Assembly: GCA_016235345.1 (NCBI GenBank)
Contig: JACRLG010000028.1
Location: 1-64,000, forward strand
Direction of reading: 5' to 3'
From: Deltaproteobacteria bacterium
GTDB taxonomy: Bacteria > Desulfobacterota > Desulfobacteria > Desulfobacterales > Desulfatibacillaceae
DNA length: 64,000 bases
Position numbers and translations under genes: made by a program. Below are positions 1 through 8,122 of this stretch, one piece after another. Numbering within the stretch: position 1 is the first letter of the stretch; every line of letters begins with the position of its first letter. The notes beneath the pieces were generated by a model that was not told where the DNA came from, did no database searches, and saw only the letters and a program-made list of their open reading frames with translations.

Positions 1-204
1 CAGAGGCTACAGGAACATGGGACGAAGGCCAATCGAGACCTTTTTGATCGGCAAAAAGCGGCGGGAGGAACTCTCCGGGGTCGCCGCCTAAAACCACTCG
101 CCCGAGAGGCCAACTGTCCGGCAGGTCCTTGACTTTTACAGTTTGAGGCTCAACTTTAGGCTAATATGCTGCAGAGGCGAGAGTATTGAAAAGAATTCAA
201 TATG

Positions 205-1248
205 TCAGAAAATAATACTTTTAATCTTGTACGATTTTTTGCATTTTCCATCAATCTTGAGCCCTACCGGTGTGTCTATCCCGGCTGGAGCATTTGTGAC
301 TGTTTCACTATTGACTTGTACTTGCATTACTTTAACCGAATACCAATTGTTACTTGAATTTTTGATTAATAGTAGCGATCCAGGTATCAACTCAACACCA
401 CGAGAATAAATACAAACTATGTTATGATTATAAACAGCAATTGGTAATCCATGATCAGTGCCATATTTTGCAATATAATTTATGAAAGTTTGGTTGATCA
501 CCGTTGTAAGGCCTTTACAATACGCGCTTAGCATATCACAATATGGGATAATTTCACTATGAGCAAGCACATTTGATGTATCGCCATGTGCAACCTCATT
601 TCTCCGCACTACAAGATCATTAATCAAGTCAAGAACAGTTTCTGGTCGTTCGTTCGACGCAATACGATCATATGATTTGAGAAAAGCATCAAACTCATCA
701 GTTTTAACACATCTGCGACTTGCTGACTCTATACCTATACGCCCAAAAAACTCATCAACCATTGGAACCCTAAAATTTGAGGTATGGTACCTCATAGATT
801 CAACTATAAACCTATAAGGAATTTTTCCAGAGAGACATCCTGAAAAAGCATCAACAATTTGAATCGCATCATAGCGCCCATCATAGCGACTACCACGTGT
901 GCGCTGAAGGTGGCTTACAGTTAGATCAAAATGAGCTTCCCTGAGCTTATCGGGTAGGGCATCATATGTAGGTGCCACTTTTACTACATTAGTAATGAAC
1001 TCTTCAGCGATTTCCTCAATGAAGCGCTCCAATACCCCATAGAGAAGGACTATTGAGCAGGCATAGTCGTAAGTCCTACCCGGAGAAAAATTTGAAATTT
1101 TGTTTGCCCATTCGAATGCAGGACCGGCAACATTTAAATCAAGAGTCAATAAATGCTTGACCGCCGTAATCTTATTCTCGGATAATTCTGAAAAACATCG
1201 CAAATCATCCAAGCGAGCCAATGCAGTGGAGAGCGCTGCATAATTCAC
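205..1248 (-). CDS. Abi_2/HEPN-like protein with an Rx4H motif, predicted RNase effector; hypothetical.
   Basis: 347 aa ORF in the low-GC module. Motif DLVVRRNEVAHGD matches the HEPN R-x4-H / Abi_2 RN..AH signature. There is a 4-bp ATGA overlap with the upstream DUF262 gene, consistent with an operon. Confidence 0.5.
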   Translation of the reverse strand: MNYAALSTALARLDDLRCFSELSENKITAVKHLLTLDLNVAGPAFEWANKISNFSPGRTYDYACSIVLLYGVLERFIEEIAEEFITNVVKVAPTYDALPDKLREAHFDLTVSHLQRTRGSRYDGRYDAIQIVDAFSGCLSGKIPYRFIVESMRYHTSNFRVPMVDEFFGRIGIESASRRCVKTDEFDAFLKSYDRIASNERPETVLDLINDLVVRRNEVAHGDTSNVLAHSEIIPYCDMLSAYCKGLTTVINQTFINYIAKYGTDHGLPIAVYNHNIVCIYSRGVELIPGSLLLIKNSSNNWYSVKVMQVQVNSETVTNAPAGIDTPVGLKIDGKCKKSYKIKSIIF

Positions 1249-2489
1249 GATAAAATGCTCTCAAAGAGTTTAAAAAAAAGATCATTACGAACTCTTAGGT
1301 TCTCACGATTTGTATAACGTCCTTGGAATTGACTATTCTCAGTTTCATAAAGGTCCCTAATTGCTCTGACTATTTCATCTTTCTTGGCGATTAAGTTCTC
1401 GCTTCGATCAAGAAATTGACTGAGAGCGAACATCAATGGATCGTAAACGACAGTTGTAGGGCGTCTATACCACAGCCATCCTGTTGTTCGCTTACGCCAA
1501 AGAAAAAATGCTTCTTCACCCAAAAGTTGACATGCTAAGTCAATCGTATTTCTAAAGAGACCTTCCAACGCGCTAAGAACTTCTTCGGTGAAGAGATTTG
1601 CTCGTTGTAAATAAATATCCATAAAAATTTTTAATGGCCCATCCTGATTCAATAGTCGTTGACGGTACGCGAAAAATCGAAGAACCAACTCGACATCATC
1701 CATTCGACGAAAAATATCATTTTCACGGGTAATCTCATTAATTTCTCCACCCGCCAACTCAGTCTCATCAGGTTCGGGAATTCCCCACGTTCGACAAAGC
1801 GCAGGGGTTCGACTCAACTTTATGCACAACCGGTTCATCTTGCCATCGAATATTGCATTACGGCTTTCCTGGTCGGACAGGCTTACACCACCACTATTGA
1901 TCCGCTCGAATACTAACTGCTTTAGGCGTTGAGCTTCAGTTGGATCACTAGCGGTTTCGCGCATCAGAACCACTGAAGATAAATATCTGCGATCCACACC
2001 ACGCCGAACAGCTTCTGGTAAAGTCTCATATGTTCGGCCATTTAATTCCGGCCATTCTTCTAAACCCGCCAATATCAATTTGCTCTGATAGAAATCGCTA
2101 ATAGTAGTTAATCGCTGCAATCCGTCCATTACTTCATATTTAGCATAGCCTACTTCATACAAAAATACTGGGGGTATCGGTACGTTAATGATGAATGATT
2201 CAATCAAGCGAGATTTTTTTATGTTGTCCCACCGATGTCTTCTTTGGAAATCCGGGTCGAGCCGATAGTCTGAACTCGCAACCATTTGCGGAATTTGAGG
2301 CAATGGATACCTCGCTTGTTCTGTAACTATTCGGACAGCGCCAGCGTTGTATCTTTCGTTCAAAGCATCGTCACTTGCTTGAGTTGGGTTCGGACCTTTC
2401 TCCACAGTAAAATCGATCTTTTCATTTTCAAAAAGAAAATCTGATTGCATATTCTGAACCATCCCGTGGGAAGAGTTAAAACTTTTCAA
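1245..2489 (-). CDS. DUF262-domain protein (ParB-like nuclease superfamily; GmrSD, SspE or BREX-associated type).
   Basis: 414 aa. Motifs DPDFQRRHRW, LIESFIINVPIPPVFL, MDGLQRLTT (a DGQQR variant) and ERINSGGVSLSDQESRNA are characteristic of DUF262. The gene is low-GC. Confidence 0.7.
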   Translation of the reverse strand: MKSFNSSHGMVQNMQSDFLFENEKIDFTVEKGPNPTQASDDALNERYNAGAVRIVTEQARYPLPQIPQMVASSDYRLDPDFQRRHRWDNIKKSRLIESFIINVPIPPVFLYEVGYAKYEVMDGLQRLTTISDFYQSKLILAGLEEWPELNGRTYETLPEAVRRGVDRRYLSSVVLMRETASDPTEAQRLKQLVFERINSGGVSLSDQESRNAIFDGKMNRLCIKLSRTPALCRTWGIPEPDETELAGGEINEITRENDIFRRMDDVELVLRFFAYRQRLLNQDGPLKIFMDIYLQRANLFTEEVLSALEGLFRNTIDLACQLLGEEAFFLWRKRTTGWLWYRRPTTVVYDPLMFALSQFLDRSENLIAKKDEIVRAIRDLYETENSQFQGRYTNRENLRVRNDLFFKLFESILS

Positions 2490-2699
2490 TATTTCTTTTG
2501 AGCATACTCTCCTTAAAACATAAGAAAATTATGCGGGCTGGGAGAGGAAGGCTCAGAAATCCGTATAGTAGAATATACCAAAAATTGTCAAAATTCAACA
2601 TACATTGAAGAACTTGATCGCTCGGGACGTAAGCACCATCTGAATTACCGGCTTCCCGACCTGCCCAATGAGCCCGAAGTATGCGGCCGGGCAAACGGT

Positions 2700-4787
2700 T
2701 TGATAGCGCGCGCCCTGGCTGCTCTTGCCTCAAGGTTCAACAGCACGGATGTCAAGGTGGACGTGACCGTTGGAAACGCTGCCCGAATATGGAAGCTATA
2801 CGGCACGATGGCGTGCAAGGGTGATGACACCCCCGGCAGGCCACACCGCATAAGCTCCCTGTTTAAAGGTGCCCCCCTGGTACTTGGGGATGTCCCCGTA
2901 TCAGACAGAGATGCGTTGGAGCGACTTGCCGCCACGGCTCCGACTGCTGCAGGAAAGGGTCGGCAACGTCAGCCATCGTCACCCGGAAAAAACAAGTCTC
3001 TTCCTCAAGACGGAAATCTTGGGCCGATAAATATTCCCGCTTATTTGAATCATTACGGTGTCACTTTTAGAGGCACCAAGCAGGAAGGGGCCGCGACGTA
3101 TTATCTGCTGGAAAACTGCGTATTCGATCCTGAGCATACGGACGGCAAGGCCGCCATAATCGGATCTCCTGAGCCCCCCTATCTTTCTTACGCCTGCTTT
3201 CATCAAAGCTGTTCAGGCAAAACCTGGAAGGAAGCCAGAACGGCCATATCCGGCGATGACCCGTTGGCGCGTTTTTGTGACGGATACGACCCTGACTGGC
3301 AACCGGAACGCAAAAAACGAATGTTGCGCGACCGCTCCGGCAATGAGCCTGCGGCGATTTGTGAATCGGCGGGAAATGTTGACAAAAGCAACCTATTTGA
3401 CGTTGATTTTGAGGCCCTGCCTTCAATTCCGACACCCAAAGAAGTTGACCCGCTATTATTTTTCGATCTTGGGCCTGAAGGGAAACGCAAAAGGGGCAGC
3501 TTTGTTGAAATGAAGATGGCGCAATACCTTTCCCTGTATTTTGCGCCCATCCTTAAAACCAACGGAAAATTCTATCAATTTAAAGATGGGGTTTGGAAAA
3601 TCCTTTCCGAGACCGTGATAGAAAAAGCAGTGGCGCATTCGCTGAAAAACCTCTGCAAGGCTCCACATCTGGACAGTTCTATAAGAGTGTTCGGAGCACA
3701 GGTAGGCCAGGAAGAGGAGGAGTGGCCCGATTATCCCAACCTGATCAACTGCAAAAACGGCATGGTGAATATGGAGGCCGACTATTTGGAGTTCAAAGGC
3801 AAGAGCAGAGACGTTTTGCTCCCTCACGATCCCAAGTACGGCAGCCGGGTGCAACTGCCTGTCGAATACGATCCTGAGGCAACGTGCCCCAGGTGGGAAC
3901 AATTTTTACAGGAAATTTTTCCGACAAGCCCGGAAAGGGCGGCTTTGCTGCAGCTATTTTCGGGTTACGTGCTCTTGCCGCATACAAAATTTGAAAAGGC
4001 CCTGTTCCTTTTCGGGACCGGAGCCAATGGCAAGAGCACGGTCATCTCCGTGCTGGAAAAGATACTTGGGCCTGAAAACGTTTGTACTGTCTCATTGAGC
4101 GAGCTCAGCAGACCATTTTCGGTTCTGTCCTTGCAGAATAAGCTGCTTTCTGTGGCCTCTGAAATGGAAACCAAAGAGGCGCAAAGCACGGAGGTTTTAA
4201 AGAAGGTCATATCCGGCGACTCCATATCGGGGGAGGAAAAATTCGGAAAGCGGATCGAATTCAAAAGCTGCGTCAAATTCATGTTCGCCATGAACAACCC
4301 ACCCGCCGTCTCGGATAAGACTGAAGGCTTCAAACGAAAAATTCTGGTGTTATATTTCGACCAGAGGATTCCTGACTCAAAAATGGACAGGGGCCTGGTT
4401 GAGCACCTTGTACGTGAAGAATCCGCCGGGATATTCGCCTGGATGGTCATGGGGGCTGCAATTTTAAACAAGAAGGGCGGCTTCCTGAACCTTGGAAAGA
4501 TTGTTGAAAACGACACGAACAGCTTTATGCATACCTTGAATCCGCTTTTGGACTTTCTGGATGAGAAAACCCACCTGGACCCGGAAGCAAGCGTGCCGAG
4601 TGATGATTTTTATCGGGCGTACAAGGCTTGGAGCGAAGACAGCGGCTTGAGGCCTTTGGGCAAAGTTCAGCTAAATTTGCAGCTTCTAAGCGCCATGCCC
4701 AAGGTGAGCAAGAAAAAGATAACGGTCCCATTCGGTGGAACCGAGAGCCGCCGCCACTGCTATACGGGCATAAGACTTCTGTCATAG
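2700..4787 (+). CDS. Phage/plasmid primase, P4-family C-terminal domain, D5-like NTPase/helicase; probably 5'-truncated.
   Basis: Walker A motif LFLFGTGANGKST and a D5_N-like region. The ORF only opens with TTG at 2700, right at the GC discontinuity. A Prim-Pol C-terminal-like remnant (RIWKLYGT..KG) and a Zn finger (CFHQSC) are present, but no catalytic primase N-terminus. Confidence 0.75.
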   Translation: MIARALAALASRFNSTDVKVDVTVGNAARIWKLYGTMACKGDDTPGRPHRISSLFKGAPLVLGDVPVSDRDALERLAATAPTAAGKGRQRQPSSPGKNKSLPQDGNLGPINIPAYLNHYGVTFRGTKQEGAATYYLLENCVFDPEHTDGKAAIIGSPEPPYLSYACFHQSCSGKTWKEARTAISGDDPLARFCDGYDPDWQPERKKRMLRDRSGNEPAAICESAGNVDKSNLFDVDFEALPSIPTPKEVDPLLFFDLGPEGKRKRGSFVEMKMAQYLSLYFAPILKTNGKFYQFKDGVWKILSETVIEKAVAHSLKNLCKAPHLDSSIRVFGAQVGQEEEEWPDYPNLINCKNGMVNMEADYLEFKGKSRDVLLPHDPKYGSRVQLPVEYDPEATCPRWEQFLQEIFPTSPERAALLQLFSGYVLLPHTKFEKALFLFGTGANGKSTVISVLEKILGPENVCTVSLSELSRPFSVLSLQNKLLSVASEMETKEAQSTEVLKKVISGDSISGEEKFGKRIEFKSCVKFMFAMNNPPAVSDKTEGFKRKILVLYFDQRIPDSKMDRGLVEHLVREESAGIFAWMVMGAAILNKKGGFLNLGKIVENDTNSFMHTLNPLLDFLDEKTHLDPEASVPSDDFYRAYKAWSEDSGLRPLGKVQLNLQLLSAMPKVSKKKITVPFGGTESRRHCYTGIRLLS

Positions 4788-4855
4788 GGCTGAGCCATGC
4801 ACAAATGACGCGAGGAATTAATAAGGGTTGTGGGTTTTAAGGTGGAGCAAGCCCC

Positions 4856-5122
4856 GTGACGATATTTGAAAAAGCCTTAGTACCGGTCTGGAGTACCGTT
4901 GCCGCCGCAGCGCCGTTGTTCGGCATGGGCGAAAGGCGCGTGATAGAGCTTATCCGCTCCGGCATGGTAAAGGGTTATCAGGCGAACCAGCAGGACGACG
5001 CCCGGCGCTCGTGGTGGGTGGACACCAGGAGCCTTGACCGGTATCACGGAGACAGGGCGGCACAATACCAGGGCGAAGCGGATCTTGTGGCGCAGGACGC
5101 CCTTCGCAGGATGCGCAAATGA
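4856..5122 (+). CDS. Excisionase/AlpA-family HTH DNA-binding protein.
   Basis: 88 aa. The GERRVIELIRSGMVKGYQ ... WWVD pattern resembles excisionase/AlpA HTH_17 proteins. It lies immediately upstream of int and overlaps it. Confidence 0.5.
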   Translation: MTIFEKALVPVWSTVAAAAPLFGMGERRVIELIRSGMVKGYQANQQDDARRSWWVDTRSLDRYHGDRAAQYQGEADLVAQDALRRMRK

Positions 5123-6129
5123 ATCCTTCTTGCCCAACAGATAGTCTTCGTGCTACCTTTCCCTCCATGAGACTTTTTGAACGAAACGGCATATGGTACG
5201 TCCAGGTTCGCAGAGGCCAGAAAATCAGCCTCAAAACCTCGGACCGCAAGGTGGCAGAGTCCGCCTTCCGCAAGATGCAAAAAGAGGCTCTTGAGGGTCG
5301 TTTGTTCCAGTTGGACAAATCCGCCCGCATCCCCCTCCGGCAATGGGGAGAGGAATATCTCAAAAGCCGGGGGCACTTGGCTGACGGCACCCTCAAAAAA
5401 GACCGTATGGTCCTGGGGCTTTTGGGCGATGTGATCGGCCACGACATCGCAATTAAAGCTGTGACTAAAGCGAAACTGGACGAGTTCGTCCGCGCATGTC
5501 TCGCCCGTGGCGTATCCAAGCCAGGACTCAACTCCTATCTCCGCCACATCAGGGCCTGCCTCAATGCCGCCGAGGAGGCAGGGTACCTGGAAAAGCCCGT
5601 CAAGACCAAGATGGTCAGGGAGCCTTCCAGGTATCCAGGCATCCTGTCCCCGGAGCAAATCGCACAGGTAATCGCCTATGCCGAAATCCATGACCCGGAG
5701 ATGGCCCGCATAATCCGTTTCGCCGTGTGGACCGGCTGTCGTCGCGTGGAAATCATCGGGCTGCGGTGGGAGCACGTTAAAGGAGACCTTGTCCATATTA
5801 TAGGCAAAGGCGACAAGGAGCGGCACGTACCTCTGCTGTCAGGGGCGCTGGAAGCGATGGGAGATGTCAAGCATATCGGCCCGGTCTTCTGGCAGGTTCA
5901 CCCGGATGTTGTCACCCATCATTTTAAAGACATTGCCCGCGCCTGTGGCATGGAAAACGTCCATTTCCACAATTTAAGGCACAGCTCAGCCACACAGATG
6001 CTTTCTTCCGGGATTCCGCTCCACATGGTCCAGGAAGTTTTGGGCCATTCCAGCATCGCAACGACACAAATTTACGCCAAGGTTTTAAAGGAGACTTTGA
6101 CCAAGGAGATGCAGAAACTCAAGTGGTGA
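5119..6129 (+). CDS. int: Tyrosine recombinase / phage integrase family.
   Basis: Catalytic C-terminal motifs HNLRHSSATQML..GIPLHMVQEVLGHSSIATTQIYAKV and an N-terminal SAM-like domain. Confidence 0.9.
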   Translation: MNPSCPTDSLRATFPSMRLFERNGIWYVQVRRGQKISLKTSDRKVAESAFRKMQKEALEGRLFQLDKSARIPLRQWGEEYLKSRGHLADGTLKKDRMVLGLLGDVIGHDIAIKAVTKAKLDEFVRACLARGVSKPGLNSYLRHIRACLNAAEEAGYLEKPVKTKMVREPSRYPGILSPEQIAQVIAYAEIHDPEMARIIRFAVWTGCRRVEIIGLRWEHVKGDLVHIIGKGDKERHVPLLSGALEAMGDVKHIGPVFWQVHPDVVTHHFKDIARACGMENVHFHNLRHSSATQMLSSGIPLHMVQEVLGHSSIATTQIYAKVLKETLTKEMQKLKW

Positions 6130-6195
6130 TGCACCCAAAAGGCACCCAAGCCGCTATAACCATCTGAAATCATTCACCGCGCCAAAGCACTTAAA

Positions 6196-6245
6196 ATCCC
6201 TCGATTCTTGCAATCGTGCCGGTTCGATTCCGGCTCCGGGCACCA
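6196..6245 (+). other. tRNA 3'-end fragment (T-arm, acceptor 3' strand and CCA), a putative att core repeat of the integrated element.
   Basis: GCCGGTTCGATTCCGGC (T-arm), then TCCGGGC, A, CCA ending at 6245. No complementary 5' acceptor strand or D-arm lies upstream, so it is not a complete tRNA. Confidence 0.5.
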
Positions 6246-6348
6246 GTAAAATCTGTACCACAATCGGTTCTGTCCAGACTGCGGTGGTGGCCTGAAAAGG
6301 CTTGTAAGGCATGCTCCAAGCCATACCGGCCAGCGCGGCCTTGTGCAT

Positions 6349-7860
6349 TTATTGCGGCAGAGCGCTGAAGGTGAGCGATGATTTGCCCTTGAACGCAACA
6401 GTGGCCAGAATGCCGTCCGATGCCGTTGCAAGATATGTGATGTCGGCCTGATCCAGTTGAGCCGATAGAGCGATGCCGTCTTTGATGCGCAAGTTTACCA
6501 GATGCCTGTTGAGCATCGAAAGCCGTTTCGCAACCTCCGCCCTGATGTCCCAGTTGAGTTCACCCTGTATGCTTTTCACAAAATCATCATGCAGAAGGTA
6601 ATCGGCGGTCTTGACCAGAAGATTATAGGTATCAAGGTCGTAGTCGAGCTCCTCCACCCAGAGCCGGTACGTTTCCGGGCTGAAGCGCAGCTTGCCGGTA
6701 AGGAACACGCTTCCCTTGGTATCGAAGGCCATTCCGGGCGAACGGGCGAGGAAATCTGCGCGCACCACGAGCGCCGGGCCGTTGCCGTAAATGTCGATGC
6801 CGGAGAGCGTCACCGTAACGTTCTTTTTTACCTTGTACTTTCGCCCGACCAACACCTTGCCCGCTATTTCCCGCGCCTGGCCGTAGTGGAGCTTGACCGG
6901 CGCGTTAATCACGAAACCGGGCTTTACCTCGCCCTTTTGAAGAGGTGGCAGGGGGCCGACTTCCCGGTCTGCCGGGCATGGCCCCACAAAGGTCGAGACC
7001 AACGCGTTCAAGCCCACAAGGATTCTGACCGCGTCCCCATCCTGGCCGAAACCGGAGTAGCTGAAATGATTCGGCGTTATGACCAGCCAGGTCTCCGGGC
7101 TTTTTGCCAGCAGAAGGGGTTTGCGGCACATCTCCCAGATTCTTTCGGCCTGCGGCCTCAGTTGCACCTTTTCCGGAACTTCCAGGTCGAATCTGGCGAG
7201 CGCCTCGTTCCATTTGGGCTTCACCTTTCCTTCCAGAAGCCCCTGGCAGCTAACCGGGATCAGGCCGAAAAGTTTGAACTCGGCTTTTTGGGCGAGGAAA
7301 TCCCCGACCGTGTTCGTGCAAAGCCGCCAGTCCGGCGTGACGGCGATTGACGAGATTGCCGAAAGGTCCGCGATAACGTCTGCAGTTTCGCGGATACCCG
7401 CCTTTTCCGCAGTGATGGAGCCCTTTAGCCTGGTTCCGATGGAAACCCGGTTGTCATCCACCGATATCGTCAAATCGCCCCGCCTTACATCGGCCCTCCA
7501 TTTGGCGCTGACCGTCGCCACTTTTATGTCATCCTTGAAAACCCCGTCTATGGGCCAAATATCTGTCAGGCCGCCAGCCCCGGTGCCGATGCTTATCTGT
7601 TTGGAAACCACCCCGGACTCCCTGAACTTCTGTGGGACCTTGCTTTCCAGGAGAGCCTTTAAGACATCGATGGGGATGGAAATGGCCATGTTGGCCACGG
7701 AAGCCTGGGGCGGCGGAAGCGCCGGGGACTGAAATTCGCGCGGCCTTATAGGCTCGATGCTTTTGGCGCAGCCCGAAAGCGCCACTGCCAGAAAAATCGC
7801 AAGTATATGGAATAAATATGGATGACGGCCAAAATGCCGACGTTTTGAAAAATTTTTCAT
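6349..7860 (-). CDS. Hypothetical lipoprotein.
   Basis: ORF with a lipoprotein signal MKNFSKRRHFGRHPYLFHILAIFLAVALSGC (lipobox LSGC). Start chosen at the ATG at 7860 rather than the longer ORF-track start. Confidence 0.65.
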   Translation of the reverse strand: MKNFSKRRHFGRHPYLFHILAIFLAVALSGCAKSIEPIRPREFQSPALPPPQASVANMAISIPIDVLKALLESKVPQKFRESGVVSKQISIGTGAGGLTDIWPIDGVFKDDIKVATVSAKWRADVRRGDLTISVDDNRVSIGTRLKGSITAEKAGIRETADVIADLSAISSIAVTPDWRLCTNTVGDFLAQKAEFKLFGLIPVSCQGLLEGKVKPKWNEALARFDLEVPEKVQLRPQAERIWEMCRKPLLLAKSPETWLVITPNHFSYSGFGQDGDAVRILVGLNALVSTFVGPCPADREVGPLPPLQKGEVKPGFVINAPVKLHYGQAREIAGKVLVGRKYKVKKNVTVTLSGIDIYGNGPALVVRADFLARSPGMAFDTKGSVFLTGKLRFSPETYRLWVEELDYDLDTYNLLVKTADYLLHDDFVKSIQGELNWDIRAEVAKRLSMLNRHLVNLRIKDGIALSAQLDQADITYLATASDGILATVAFKGKSSLTFSALPQ

Positions 7861-8032
7861 CACCTGCCTCCTTAACGAGGCCTTCATGGTAACGCCTATC
7901 GTGCATTCTTTCAACAACTGTGGCACGGTGTCCTGAAAGCATTCCACAGAAGGCAGGCACTCAAAAAAAATGCGGATCACCGGCGTGATTGCAGGTACCG
8001 ATCGATCCGGTGGATTTGGAGGAAAGGAAAAA

Positions 8033-8063
8033 CCGGCTTTCGGAAATTGCCAGCCGGTTTAAC
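8033..8063 (-). terminator. Putative rho-independent terminator after the flotillin gene.
   Basis: Inverted repeat AAACCGGCT..AGCCGGTTT (9-bp stem) followed on the minus strand by a T-rich tract. Confidence 0.3.
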
Positions 8064-8122
8064 CTTTCTTAGTCACCCAGGGTATACGAAGATAGAACTG
8101 CCGCAGGGCATTGGGCCAGCCC

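Larger units (their letters stand above)
143..6245. mobile_element. Integrated P4-like satellite or genomic-island remnant: low-GC defence cargo, truncated primase/helicase, xis, int, tRNA 3'-end att fragment. The left boundary is uncertain and may lie outside the window.
   Basis: AT-rich block at about 143-2640 contrasts with the flanking GC of about 60%. A tyrosine integrase and an AlpA-like HTH gene sit next to a 3' tRNA fragment. A P4-family primase C-terminal/helicase gene is present. Confidence 0.55.

Noticed and set aside
143-409. 88-aa plus-strand ORF at the window start.
   Set aside because: Overlaps the 3' end of the HEPN-like gene on the opposite strand in AT-rich DNA. No RBS or motif.
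6141-6245. Possible complete tRNA gene next to the integrase.
   Set aside because: Only the T-arm, the acceptor 3' strand and CCA are present. No complementary 5' acceptor strand (GCCCGGA-like) or D-arm lies within 100 nt upstream, and the anticodon-like stem abuts the T-stem with no variable loop.
6502-7350. 282-aa plus-strand ORF.
   Set aside because: Overlaps the lipoprotein gene on the opposite strand. High-GC antisense frame with no domain signature.
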